Origin: an uncultured Actinomycetota bacterium
GTDB lineage: Bacteria > Actinomycetota > Actinomycetes > Mycobacteriales > Mycobacteriaceae
Length of the DNA: 64,000 nucleotides
Assembly (NCBI GenBank): GCA_963829405.1
Contig: CAWHIZ010000036.1
Location: forward strand, 23,619 to 87,618
Direction of reading: 5' to 3'
Shown here: positions 1-9,993 of the stretch, one piece after another
How the letters are laid out: the number at the start of each line of letters is the position of its first letter
Position numbering within the stretch: position 1 is the stretch's first letter
Made by a program: the position numbers and the translations under genes
Notes under the pieces: model-generated
What the model saw: only the letters and a program-made list of their open reading frames with translations
Database searches by the model: none
What the model was told of the DNA's origin: nothing

Positions 1-18
1 AGGACGAAGGTAGGAAGC

Positions 19-1491
19 ATGAGTGACACCACCATCGACGGGTCCGATGGTTTCGAGCGCAGTGACCGGCTCTACAACGAGGACCTCGCGCCTGCCCGTG
101 AACGAAACTGGGGCACCTACAGCCTCTTCGCGATGTGGATGTCCGATGTGCACAGCATCGGTGGCTACACATTCGCCGCTGGCCTGTTCTTCACCGGGCT
201 CGTCGGCTGGCAGGTGTTCATCGCGTTGATACTCGGCATCACCGTGGTGTTCTTCCTGATGAACCTCACCGGGTTCGCTGGCCAGGCCACCGGGGTGCCC
301 TTTCCGGTGATCGCACGCATCTCGTTCGGAGTCTTCGGCGCCAATCTCGCGGCGCTGATCCGGGCGGCGATCGCCATCGCCTGGTACGGCATCCAGACCT
401 GGCTCGCGTCGCAGGCGGTGGTCGTGCTCGCGATCGCGGCCTGGCCCGGCCTCGCCGACCACCGAGGGGTGAACTTCCTCGGCCTCGACATGCTCGGCTG
501 GGCGGCGTTCGCGGTGCTGTGGGTGCTGCAGCTGTTGGTCATCCGGCGCGGCATGGAGACGGTGCGCCGGTTCCAGGACTGGGCGGGCCCCGCCATCTGG
601 GTGGTGATGTTCGTGCTCGCCATCTGGATCGTCGTCGAGGCGGGATCGGACTTCTCGCTGAACCTCACCGACGACCAGAAGTCCGGCGGCGCAGCCGTGC
701 AGGCCTTCTTCGTCGCGGTCGCGCTGACCATCACCTACTTCTCGACGCTGCTGCTGAACTTCTGCGACTTCTCGCGGTTCGCGCCGAATCGGGCCACTGT
801 CGTGCGCGGCAACTTCTGGGGCCTGCCGGTCAATTTCATGGCGTTCGCGATCGTCACCGTTGCGGTCACCGCGGGCAGCATCGCGGTGTTCGGCGAGGCG
901 ATCACCGACCCGGTGGAGATCGTCGCGAGGATCGACAACGTGTGGGTCACCGTCATCGGGGCCATCACATTCGTGATCGCGACGATCGGCATCAACGTCG
1001 TCGCGAACTTCGTCTCGGCCTCCTACGACCTCGCCAACGTCGCGCCCAAACACATCGACTTCCGCCGCGGCGGTTTGATCAGTGCGATCGTCGCTGTGGT
1101 GATCACGCCGTGGCATCTGTACAGCAGCCCCGATGCGATCTTCTACTTCCTCGGCGGCCTCGGCGCGCTGCTCGGCCCGCTGTTCGGTGTCATCTTCACC
1201 GACTACTACCTGGTGCGGCGGCAACGCGTTTCGATCGACGAGCTGTACCTCGACGACCCGCGCAGCCGGTACTACTACAAGCGCGGCTGGAACCCCAAGG
1301 CGCTCATCGCAGGCACCACGGCGGCGGCGTTCTCGTTGTTCGTCGCGCTCTACAAGCCGTGGGAGGCGTGGTCGGCGTTCTCCTGGTTCGTCGGCGTGAT
1401 CATCTCCGCGGTCCTGTACTACGCGATCTCCGCGCGCGATGTCCGGCAACCCGAACTGGCGCCGTCGACGAGCGAAGAGGCGCAATCATGA
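19..1491 (+). CDS. NCS1-family allantoin/nucleobase:cation symporter (PucI-like permease)
   Basis: Intact 490-aa hydrophobic ORF with multiple TM segments. N-terminal 'NEDLAP..RNWG..SLFAMW' block is typical of NCS1 transporters. Its stop overlaps the allantoinase ATG (ATGA at 1488-1491). Confidence 0.8.
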   Translation: MSDTTIDGSDGFERSDRLYNEDLAPARERNWGTYSLFAMWMSDVHSIGGYTFAAGLFFTGLVGWQVFIALILGITVVFFLMNLTGFAGQATGVPFPVIARISFGVFGANLAALIRAAIAIAWYGIQTWLASQAVVVLAIAAWPGLADHRGVNFLGLDMLGWAAFAVLWVLQLLVIRRGMETVRRFQDWAGPAIWVVMFVLAIWIVVEAGSDFSLNLTDDQKSGGAAVQAFFVAVALTITYFSTLLLNFCDFSRFAPNRATVVRGNFWGLPVNFMAFAIVTVAVTAGSIAVFGEAITDPVEIVARIDNVWVTVIGAITFVIATIGINVVANFVSASYDLANVAPKHIDFRRGGLISAIVAVVITPWHLYSSPDAIFYFLGGLGALLGPLFGVIFTDYYLVRRQRVSIDELYLDDPRSRYYYKRGWNPKALIAGTTAAAFSLFVALYKPWEAWSAFSWFVGVIISAVLYYAISARDVRQPELAPSTSEEAQS

Positions 1492-2828
1492 CCGACCTCG
1501 ATCTGGTGATCCGCGCCCCGCGGGTGGTGAGCACCGCGGGCGAGGTGAGCCGCATCGTCGGCGTGAAGGACGGCACGATCGTCGCCATCGAGCCGATGGA
1601 ATCAGACCTGACGGCACCGCAGGTGATCGAGCTCGGTTCGGACGAGGCGTTGCTTCCCGGCATCGTCGATTCGCATGTGCACGTCAACGATCCCGGCCGC
1701 ACCGAGTGGGAGGGGTTCGCCAGCGCGACAAGGGCCGCTGCCGCCGGGGGTGTCACGACGCTGATCGACATGCCGCTCAACAGCATTCCGCCCACCGTCG
1801 ACGTCGCCGCGCTCGAGGTGAAGCGCAAGACCGCACAGACCCAGGCGCATATCGACGTCGGGTTCTGGGGCGGCGCCGTTCCCGGTAACGTGGGTGACCT
1901 TCGGCCGCTGTACGACGCGGGCGTCTTCGGCTTCAAATGCTTCCTGCTGCACTCCGGTGTCGACGAGTTCCCACCCGTTGACCCCGAACAGCTCGAGGCG
2001 GCCATGCGCGAGATCGCCACCTTCGACGGCCTGATGATCGTGCATGCAGAGGACACCCACGCCATCGAGCACGCACCGACGGCGCACGGCGAGACGTACT
2101 CCAACTTCTTGTCGTCGCGGCCGAGGGGAGCGGAGAACCTCGCCATCGCGCAGGTGATCGAGCTGGCCAGGTGGACCGGCTGCCGCGTGCACATCCTGCA
2201 CGTGTCCAGCTCGGATGCGCTGCCGATGATCGCAACCGCACGGCGCGACGGCATCGCCATCACGGCCGAGACCTGCCCGCACTATCTGACCTTCGCCGCC
2301 GAGGAGATCCCCGACGGGGCAACGCAATACAAGTGTTGCCCGCCGATAAGGGAGGGCGGAAACCGGGAGTTGTTGTGGAACGGGCTGCGCGACGGGACCA
2401 TCGACATGGTCGTCACCGACCATTCGCCGTCAACGCCGGACCTGAAGTGTCTTGATATCGGCGACTTCGGGGTGGCCTGGGGCGGCATCTCGTCGCTGCA
2501 GATCGGCCTGTCCGCGGTGTGGACCCAGGCGCGCCAGCGCGGATTCGACCTCGTCGACGTGTGCCGCTGGATGTGTCAGGCCCCCGCGAAGCAGACCGGC
2601 CTGCGCCGCAAGGGCCGCGTCGACATCGGATACGACGCCGACTTCTGCGTGTTCGCACCCGACGACGCATTCGTGGTCGACGTGCACCGGCTTCTGCACA
2701 AGAACGCGATCACGCCGTACGACGGTCGCCCGCTCGCGGGTCAGGTGCGCAGTACGTGGTTGCGGGGCAAGCAGATCGACGTCGACGACGAGCCGCAGGG
2801 CCGGCTCCTGACCAGAGGGGCAGCATGA
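1488..2828 (+). CDS. allB: Allantoinase (cyclic amidohydrolase)
   Basis: Reading frame from ATG 1488 inside the long ORF 135..2828. Metal-binding 'DSHVHVNDPGRTEWEGF', 'FKCFL' and 'VTDHSP' motifs fit the allantoinase/dihydropyrimidinase superfamily. Sits next to the allantoin permease and ureidoglycine aminohydrolase. Confidence 0.9.
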   Translation: MTDLDLVIRAPRVVSTAGEVSRIVGVKDGTIVAIEPMESDLTAPQVIELGSDEALLPGIVDSHVHVNDPGRTEWEGFASATRAAAAGGVTTLIDMPLNSIPPTVDVAALEVKRKTAQTQAHIDVGFWGGAVPGNVGDLRPLYDAGVFGFKCFLLHSGVDEFPPVDPEQLEAAMREIATFDGLMIVHAEDTHAIEHAPTAHGETYSNFLSSRPRGAENLAIAQVIELARWTGCRVHILHVSSSDALPMIATARRDGIAITAETCPHYLTFAAEEIPDGATQYKCCPPIREGGNRELLWNGLRDGTIDMVVTDHSPSTPDLKCLDIGDFGVAWGGISSLQIGLSAVWTQARQRGFDLVDVCRWMCQAPAKQTGLRRKGRVDIGYDADFCVFAPDDAFVVDVHRLLHKNAITPYDGRPLAGQVRSTWLRGKQIDVDDEPQGRLLTRGAA

Positions 2829-3665
2829 GCAACAACGGCGCCACGCTATTACGCGCCGACCGGTGGGCACCCGCCGCAGACCGAGCTGACCACCGACCGC
2901 GCGGTGTTCACCGAGGCGTACGCGGTGCTGCCTCGGGGAACGATGCGCGACATCGTCACCAGCTTTCTGCCGTTCTGGGACGACACCCGGCTCTGGGTGA
3001 TCGCGCGCCCGCTGTCGGGGTTCGCGGAGACGTTCTCGCAGTACATCGTCGAGGTGTCGCCGGGCGGCGGCAGTGACCGCCCGGAACTCGATCCTGGCGC
3101 CGAAGGAGTGCTGTTCGTCGTCGAGGGCGGATTCACGCTCCACATCGGGGGAGACAAGCACGACCTGACCGCAGGCGGATACGCGTTCCTGCCTCCGGGC
3201 TGTGACTGGAAGCTGCGCAACGACACCGCCGAGACCGCGCGCTTCCACTGGATCCGCAAGGCGTACCAGCGCGTCGACGGTCTTGACGTACCGGAACCGT
3301 TCGTCACCAACGAGACTCAGGTCGACGGCATCGAAATGGCTGGAACGCAGGGGCGCTGGACCACGCAGCGGTTCGCCGACCCGGCTGACGTCCGGCACGA
3401 CATGCACGTCAACATCGTCAACTTCGAACCCGGTGGAGTGATCCCGTTCCCGGAAACCCACGTCATGGAGCACGGCCTCTACGTGCTCGAGGGAAAGGCC
3501 GTGTACCTGCTCAACAAGGACTGGGTCGAGGTGCAGGAGGGCGACTTCATGTGGTTGCGCGCCTTCTGCCCGCAGGCCTGCTACGCCGGCGGGCCTGGCC
3601 GGTTCCGGTATCTGCTCTACAAAGACGTCAACCGGCACGCCAAGCTGAGTCGCCAGTTCGTCTGA
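2825..3665 (+). pseudogene. (S)-ureidoglycine aminohydrolase (bicupin), N-terminus out of frame
   Basis: ORF 2904..3665 is a two-cupin protein. The family-typical peptide 'RYYAPTGGHPPQTELTTDRAVFTEAYAVLPRG' reads upstream of the GTG at 2904 in the same frame but has no start codon. The only plausible start is ATG 2825 (ATGA overlap with the allantoinase stop), which lies in another frame. This implies one extra base between about 2830 and 2850. Confidence 0.7.
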
Positions 3666-3667
3666 GT

Positions 3668-3938
3668 TCAGCGGTGCCGCAAGCGCTCCGCCTTGCCGAG
3701 CAGTTCCAGATCCGACTCGTCCAGCGGGACATGGTGCGACACATACACATCCACGACGGCGTCGAACCGTCGCATCACCGCGCGGGGACTGATGCCGAAC
3801 CAGCTTCGGCATTCCCTCTCGGGCAGCGGCTCATCGGAAGCCCGGTTCAACAACGAACGCGAGGATCCTGCGGTCGTAGCAGTCCAGATGCATCATCGTT
3901 TCCCACTCGTGTCCGTGGGAGGTCGCGAGCGCAGGCAT
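3668..3938 (-). pseudogene. Small hypothetical protein (~90 aa) immediately downstream of sdaA, split by one frame change
   Basis: ATG at 3938, 5 nt after the sdaA stop, opens 'MPALATSHGHEWETMMHLDCYDRRILAFVVEPGF'. The reading continues after a frame change near 3845 in ORF 3668..3853 ('..SDEPLPERECRSWFGISPRAVMRRFDAVVDVYVSHHVPLDESDLELLGKAERL'). No family recognised. Confidence 0.3.
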
Positions 3939-3943
3939 GGCTG

Positions 3944-5333
3944 TCAGCACTCGACGTAGTTCACGGGGACGTTCACTGCGAGCCCTCCGGTCGATGTTTC
4001 CTTGTACTTGGAATGCATGTCGGCGCCGGTCGTCCGCATCGTCTCGATGACCTGGTCGAGCGTCACGTGGTGCGCGCCATCACCGCGTAGCGCCATTCTG
4101 GCAGCATTGATGGCCTTGCCCGCGGAAATCGCGTTTCGTTCGATGCAGGGGATCTGCACAAGCCCCCCGATCGGGTCACAGGTGAGCCCGAGACTGTGCT
4201 CCATCGCGATCTCGGCGGCGTTCTCCACTTGTTCCGTTGTACCGCCGAGAATTTCGGCGAGTCCGCCCGCGGCCATCGACGCGGCGGAACCGACCTCGCC
4301 CTGGCAGCCCACTTCTGCGCCGGAGATGGAGGCGCGCTCCTTGTAGAGCGATCCGATGGCTCCCGCGGCCAGCAGGAACCGAATCGCGGTGTCATCCGGA
4401 TCCCGTCGTCCCGCGGGCGTGTAGCGCGTCGCGTAGTGAAGCACGGCGGGGACGATGCCCGCGGCCCCGTTGGTCGGCGCCGTGACGATGCGGCCACCGG
4501 ACGCGTTCTCTTCGTTGACGGCGAGTGCGACGAGGTTCACCCAGTCCTCGGCGAACTCGGGCTTGCGGTCGGGATCTTCGGCGTTGAGGCGGTCGTACCA
4601 GTCCTTGGCCCTGCGCCGCACCCGCAGTGACCCCGGGGAGGAACCCGTCGCGGCCGATACCGCGCTTCTCGCATTCGACCATCACATCGCGGATGTGCAG
4701 CAGCCGCCTGTGGATCTCTGCGGTGGAGCGTGTTTCGCGTTCGATGGACAGCATGAGCTCGCTGACACTGCAGCCGTGGTGGTTGCAGAGTTCGAGCATC
4801 TCCTTGGCGGAACCGAAGGCCAGCGATCGGGGGTTGGTTCGTTTCGGCGCGGATTCCTGGCTCTCGGCTTCGGTGACGACGAAGCCGCCGCCCACCGAGA
4901 AGTACGTCTGGCAGTGGAGTTCGAGGCCGTCGGCGTCGAGCGCCGTTATCGTCATGCCGTTGGGGTGGAAGGGCAGGATCGTCAACGGTCGCAGCACCAG
5001 ATCCTGCTCGGTGAGCGCGATCTGCCGTGACCCGCCGAAGGCGATGGTGCCGGTCGCGCGCATCTCGTCGACGCGGCGTTCCATCTCGTCGGTCTGAATC
5101 TCTTCTGGCCGGTGGCCTTCGAGGCCGAGGAGCACCGCGGTGAACGTGCCGTGCCCCGCACCCGTCGCCGCCAAGGATCCGTAGAGGTCGACCCGGACGT
5201 CGTCGACGTCGTCGAAGGCGCCCAACGTGTGGAGGTCGGCGACGAACCGGGCGGCTGCCCGCATCGGGCCGACGGTATGGGAGCTCGACGGGCCGATGCC
5301 GACGGAGAAGAGTTCGAAGACGCTGATCGTCAT
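3944..5333 (-). pseudogene. sdaA: L-serine ammonia-lyase (iron-sulfur L-serine dehydratase), one frame change
   Basis: N-terminal part is in ORF 4392..5333 ('MTISVFELFSVGIGPSSSHTVGPMRAA..'). C-terminal part is in ORF 3944..4621 ('[41 protein letters not shown]'). The join lies in the CCCCGGGG run at 4631-4638. Total length is 3n+1, which fits one extra base. Confidence 0.9.
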
Positions 5334-5371
5334 CCTGGCATCGCTCCTTCTCGACTCGGCGTGGTCGGCAT

Positions 5372-5383
5372 CTGATATATGAG
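5372..5383. promoter_or_regulatory. Operator-like palindrome copy 1 (CTGATATATGAG)
   Basis: One mismatch to the palindromic core TGATATATCA. Lies in the sdaA / flavoprotein divergent intergenic region, 39 bp upstream of the sdaA start (5333). Confidence 0.5.
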
Positions 5384-5512
5384 TGTGTCTCGTAACGGTA
5401 GGTCAGGCAGGTCATCGGGTCAAGGGCGGGATTCCACCGGCCGTCATCACCCTTGACCCAGGGCCGGTTAGTGACATACATTACAGAAATCTTGACGTGT
5501 TAGAAAACATAT

Positions 5513-5524
5513 CTGAAATATCAG
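5513..5524. promoter_or_regulatory. Operator-like palindrome copy 2 (CTGAAATATCAG)
   Basis: 12-bp near-palindrome 15 bp upstream of ATG 5539. A TTGACG hexamer (-35-like) lies at 5492-5497, so the site would overlap the -10/+1 zone of that promoter. Confidence 0.5.
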
Positions 5525-5538
5525 AAGGCCGGTTGGTT

Positions 5539-7588
5539 ATGTCCATGCAGCTCATCGATCCGCTTCTTCAGCAGTTCCAGCTGAAGAACATGACCCTGCG
5601 TAACCGCGTCGTCAGCACGTCCCACGAGCCGTCGTACACCGAGGACGGCATGCCCAAAGCGCGCTACCGCCTCTACCACGAGGAGAAGGCCAAGGGCGGC
5701 ATCGGCCTGACGATGATGGGCGGCTCCGCGGTGGTCGCCCCCGACAGCCCGGCCGCCTTCGGAAACCTGCACGTGTACAAGGACGAGATCGTGCCGTGGC
5801 TTCGAGAGCTGGCCTACGGGGTGCACGAGAACGGCGCGGCGGTGATGTGCCAGATCACCCACCTGGGCCGGCGCACGAGCAACTACGACGGCGACTGGCT
5901 TCCCGTCATCGCGCCGTCGGCGATCAGGGAGCCCGCGCACCGCGCCTTCCCGAAGGTCGCGGAGGAATGGGATATGGACCGCATCGTGAAGGCATACGCC
6001 GACGCGACGGCCAGATGCCGGGAGGCGGGTCTCGACGGCATCGAGCTCGAGGCCTACACCCACCTGCTCGACTCGTTCTGGTCCCCGCTGACCAATCACC
6101 GCGACGACGAGTACGGGATGGGCAGCCTCGAGGACCGGCTTCGGTTCCCGCTGCGGGTTATCCGGGCAGTGCGCGAAGCGGCCGGGCCTGACTTCACCGT
6201 CGGTATTCGGATGTCGCTCGACGAGGACACCGACGGCGGCCTGAAGTACGACGACGGCGTCGAGATCGCCAAGCGTGTGGTGGCCGAGGGTATCGACTTC
6301 ATCAGCGTCATCAAGGGCTACATGGCCAGCGACGAGGCGCTGTCCCGGGTGATCCCGCCGATGGGCACGCCGGTCGCGCCTCACCTCGAGTTCGCGGGCC
6401 GGGTCAAGGAGGCCCTGCAGATCCCGGTCATGCACGCCGCACAGGATCAACGACGTGGCGACCGCGCGCCATGCGATCCGCGATGGGTTGATCGACCTGG
6501 TGGGGATGACCCGCGCGCATATCGCCGATCCGCACATCGTCGCGAAAATCCAAGCGGGCGAGGAGGACCGGATACGCCCGTGCGTCGGAGCCAGCTACTG
6601 CCTCGACGAGATCTACCAGAGCCGCGACGCCAAGTGCGTGCACAACGCGTCGACGGGACGCGAGGACCGGATGCCGCACCACGTGCCCGCCGCGACCGGA
6701 CCGGCACGCAAGGCTGTCGTCATCGGCGGCGGGCCCGCAGGTCTCGAGGCGGCCCGCGTTCTCGGCGAGCGCGGCCACAAGGTGGTGGTGTTCGAGGCGG
6801 CCGACGCAGCGGGCGGCCAGATCCGACTCGCCTCGTCGGCACCCCGACGTCGCGACCTGATCAGCATCGTCGACTGGCGGCTGGCCGAGTGCAAACTGCT
6901 CGATGTCGACATCCGGACCAACGCCTACGCCGAGGCCGGCGAGGTGCTCGCCGAGAACCCCGACATCGTGGTGGTGGCCACCGGCGGACTGCCCAACACC
7001 GAATTCCTCACCGAGGGTTCGCAGTTGGTCACCGATGCATGGGATGTGCTCTGCGGAGCGGTCCGGCCTCGCGGCAAGGTCCTCTTCTACGACGACAACG
7101 GCGGACACCCGGGGATGGATGCCGCCGAAGTGGTGGCGCGAACCGGTGTCGAGGTCGAGTTCGTCACGCCGGAGCGCACGTTGGCGCCCGACGTCGGCGG
7201 CGTGAACTACCCCGGCTACTTCAAGGCATTCGCCGAGTACGACGTTCGGGTGACGCTCAACGAGCGGGTAACCGGAGTGCGGCGCAAGGACGGTCGCCTC
7301 GAAGTCGACCTGTACAACGAGTACGCGCATGCGACAAAGCAGCGTCTCGTGGATCAGGTCGTCGTCGAGCACGGCACCCTTCCGCAGGACGAGCTGTACT
7401 TCGACCTGGTGCCCGGTTCATCCAACCTCGGCGAGGTCGATCAGCAGGCCCTGCTCGATCTGCGCCCGCAGCAGGTCGTGCGCAACTCCGATGGCGGCTA
7501 CCAACTGTTCCGGATCGGCGACGCGGTCGCGAGCCGCAACATCCACGCCGCGATCTACGACGCCTTCCGGCTCTGCATCGTCCTTTAA
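5539..7588 (+). pseudogene. StcD/DgcA-like N-methyl amino acid demethylase flavoprotein (OYE-type FMN domain + FAD/NAD(P) domain), one frame change
   Basis: The N-terminal OYE-like TIM barrel starts at 'MSMQLIDPLLQQFQLKNMTLRNRVVSTSHEP..' in ORF 5383..7656. After about 6443 that ORF turns into Arg/Pro/Gly-rich text. The real continuation 'ATARHAIRDGLIDLVGMTRAHIADP..VVIGGGPAGLEAA..' is in ORF 6455..7588. Length is 3n+1. Confidence 0.8.
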
Positions 7589-7631
7589 CCAGATTCGTCA
7601 CCAGCAATCTCCGACAACGAGGAGTTCTTCT

Positions 7632-8717
7632 ATGCCACAGCATGTTCGAGGTGTGATCGCGCGCGCCAAGGGGGCGCCGGTCGAGGTCGCGACGATCACG
7701 ATCCCTGACCCAGGCCCCGGCGAGGTCGTCGTGGCGATCCAGGCCTGCGGTGTCTGCCACACCGACCTGACCTACCGCGAGGGCGGCATCAACGACGAGT
7801 TCCCGTTCCTGCTCGGCCACGAGGCCGCAGGCGTGGTGGAAGAGGTTGGCGACGGCGTGGATTCGGTCGCCGTCGGCGACTTCGTCATCCTGAACTGGCG
7901 GGCGGTCTGCGGACAGTGCCGTGCCTGCAAGCGCGGCAGGCCGCAGTACTGCTTCGACACCTTCAACGCCGCACAGAAGATGACGCTCGACGACGGCACC
8001 GAACTCACCCCGGCTCTCGGAATCGGCGCCTTCGCCGAGAAGACGCTCGTGCACGCAGGCCAGTGCACCAAGGTCGACGCCGATGCGGATCCGGCCGTGG
8101 TCGGGTTGCTGGGATGCGGTGTGATGGCAGGCCTCGGCGCCGCGGTGAACACCGGCAACGTCTCGCGTGGCGACTCGGTGGCCGTGATCGGCTGCGGAGG
8201 CGTCGGTGATGCCGCGATCATGGGCGCCAGGCTGGCGGGCGCGGGCACGATCATCGCGATCGACCGCGACCCGCAGAAGCTGGAGTGGGCTCGTGACCTC
8301 GGCGCGACTCATACCGTGAACGCCGCCGAAGTCGACACCGTCGAGGCCGTGCAGGAACTGACGGGCGGATTCGGCGCGGACGTCGTGATCGATGCCGTCG
8401 GCCGCCCGGAGACGTGGCGACAGGCCTTCTATGCTCGTGACCTGGCGGGAACAGTTGTGCTGGTGGGTGTTCCGACACCGGAAATGAAACTGGAGATGCC
8501 GCTTGTCGACTTCTTCTCCCGCGGCGGATCGCTGAAGTCGTCGTGGTACGGCGACTGCCTGCCCGAGCGCGACTTCCCGACGCTCGTCGACCTGTATCAG
8601 CAGGGCAGACTGCCGCTGGAGCGCTTCGTCTCCGAGCGCATCAAGCTCGACGAGGTCGAGGACGCATTTCACACGATGCACAAGGGTGCTGTGCTGCGTT
8701 CCGTGGTCGTGCTGTAA
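7632..8717 (+). CDS. Zn-dependent alcohol dehydrogenase, S-(hydroxymethyl)mycothiol (formaldehyde) dehydrogenase type
   Basis: Intact reading frame from ATG 7632. Has 'GVCHTDL', '[12 protein letters not shown]' and the Rossmann motif '[12 protein letters not shown]'. Resembles class-III/MscR-type enzymes. Sits among formaldehyde-releasing demethylases. Confidence 0.8.
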   Translation: MPQHVRGVIARAKGAPVEVATITIPDPGPGEVVVAIQACGVCHTDLTYREGGINDEFPFLLGHEAAGVVEEVGDGVDSVAVGDFVILNWRAVCGQCRACKRGRPQYCFDTFNAAQKMTLDDGTELTPALGIGAFAEKTLVHAGQCTKVDADADPAVVGLLGCGVMAGLGAAVNTGNVSRGDSVAVIGCGGVGDAAIMGARLAGAGTIIAIDRDPQKLEWARDLGATHTVNAAEVDTVEAVQELTGGFGADVVIDAVGRPETWRQAFYARDLAGTVVLVGVPTPEMKLEMPLVDFFSRGGSLKSSWYGDCLPERDFPTLVDLYQQGRLPLERFVSERIKLDEVEDAFHTMHKGAVLRSVVVL

Positions 8718-8728
8718 ACGCCTGAGCG

Positions 8729-9364
8729 TCAGAACATCTTGCGGATGTCGTCCTCGAACTCGCGCACGTGGGCCTCGGCCAACTTGCGGGCGCGGGCTCC
8801 GTTGCGGTCGAGGATCGCCTGCAGCACCTCCGTCTGGCCGTGCACGTGGTGGTCGAGATCGGGGAGGCGCTCGCGGGCGAGATTCCACATCCGCAGCGAC
8901 AGGTCGAGGCTTCCGGTGAGCGTGTCGAACAGATAGGGGTTGTGCGCCATCCGGTGTATCGCGCGGTGCACAAGCACATCGAGGTCGAGCAGCTTGGCGG
9001 GGTCGGTGCAGGCGTCGATGTCGTCGAGGAGCTTGTGCAGTTCCTGCCGTTCCTCGTAACGCGCTTCGGTCGCCGCGCGCTCGGCCGCAAGCCCCTCGAG
9101 GCGCTCCCGCATATCGCAGATCGCCTCCAGGTCAGCGAGATCCAGGTCGGCGGCGTAGCTTCCGCTGCGCGGATAGACGACGACCAGCTTGCGGTAGGCG
9201 AGGCGTTTGATCGCCTCGCGCACCGGTGTCCTGCCGACACCGAGCTCGGCGGCCAGCTGCTCCTCTTCGATGGGTGCACCCGGTGCGATCTCGAGCGTGA
9301 CGATCTTGTCGCGGATCGCGTCGTAGGCCTGATCCGACAGCAGCGGGCTCGGGATGTCGATCAC
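8729..9364 (-). CDS. GntR-family transcriptional regulator (FadR/FCD subfamily), paralog 1
   Basis: Intact 211-aa ORF with a GTG start. Winged-helix 'EEQLAAELGVGRTPVREAIKRLAYRKLV' followed by an all-helical FCD-like C-terminal domain. Confidence 0.85.
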   Translation of the reverse strand: MIDIPSPLLSDQAYDAIRDKIVTLEIAPGAPIEEEQLAAELGVGRTPVREAIKRLAYRKLVVVYPRSGSYAADLDLADLEAICDMRERLEGLAAERAATEARYEERQELHKLLDDIDACTDPAKLLDLDVLVHRAIHRMAHNPYLFDTLTGSLDLSLRMWNLARERLPDLDHHVHGQTEVLQAILDRNGARARKLAEAHVREFEDDIRKMF

Positions 9365-9369
9365 CCCCT

Positions 9370-9381
9370 CTAATATTTCAG
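9370..9381. promoter_or_regulatory. Operator-like palindrome copy 3 (CTAATATTTCAG)
   Basis: Lies in the 34-bp gap between the soxG stop (9399) and the GntR paralog-1 start (9364). Two mismatches to CTGATATATCAG. Confidence 0.4.
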
Positions 9382-9398
9382 TTGGTGACCACGTTACA

Positions 9399-9993
9399 TC
9401 ACCAGTCGACGCCGAACTCCTCGGCGGCGTCGATCAGCCAGTCGGCGAGATAACGGGCGAACGACGATCGCACGATGAGGCGGTAGTCGGTTCCGTTGTC
9501 GCTCAACGGGATCACCACAACGCCTGCCTGACCGAGGACGGTCTGCGCTGCGGCGCCAGGCCCGAACACCGCGGGGTGGCTGTCCAGCGAACAACCCTTG
9601 GCGATGACGTCCCGCGCGCGCGTGCCCCGCAGCCGCAGCGTCGTGCGCTGTGCGGAAACGTCGATGGCGGCGCCACCGTGTTCGGAGACGGCATCGCGCA
9701 GCGTCGACTCGAGGCTTTCTCCGTCGCGGCTCTCCGAGGTGACCAGCCATTCCTGCGGGCCAAGCCAGATCGTTGTCGACCTCTCCGCCGGACACCGTGG
9801 TGGACGGCGCGGTCGGCAGCGCGTCGACGCCGAGGACTCTCGCGGCCGCCGCGCCTCCCGGTCCGGCCGGGTCGACCCAGAGATCGACCATCGCGGCGAA
9901 TGGTTCGTCGGCGACGGTCGCCGCCTGCGGCAGGTTCGCGAACCGAGTTTCGTAGCCATGCAACGGGCTACGGCGGGTGAGGGTGTCAGCCAT
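9399..9993 (-). pseudogene. soxG: Sarcosine oxidase gamma subunit, one frame change
   Basis: Start '[15 protein letters not shown]..' (ATG 9993) is in the frame of ORF 9394..10122. The conserved 'IWLGPQEWLVTSE...' to 'YLADWLIDAAEEFGVDW' tail is in the frame of ORF 9399..11477. The switch lies between 9770 and 9781. Length is 3n+1. Confidence 0.8.

Noticed and set aside
135-2828. 897-aa ORF spanning the permease and allantoinase regions
   Set aside because: Its first ~450 codons are an alternative frame inside the permease gene and read as Arg/Gly/Pro/His-rich nonsense. Recognisable allantoinase text starts only at ATG 1488.
5383-7656. 757-aa ORF taken at face value
   Set aside because: The 5' 52 codons lie upstream of the RBS/ATG at 5539. 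Everything after about 6443 is out-of-frame Arg/Gly/Pro-rich text. The true C-terminal half is in ORF 6455..7588.
7257-8888. 543-aa minus-strand ORF antisense to the alcohol dehydrogenase gene
   Set aside because: It is a typical high-GC shadow ORF, Arg/Pro/Gly/Ala-rich with no motifs. The same judgement applies to 13152..14390(+), 14759..15826(+), 17110..18216(+), 20623..21519(-), 22475..23497(-), 25122..26762(-), 30603..32108(-), 35510..36730(-), 39367..41001(-) and 61694..63460(+).
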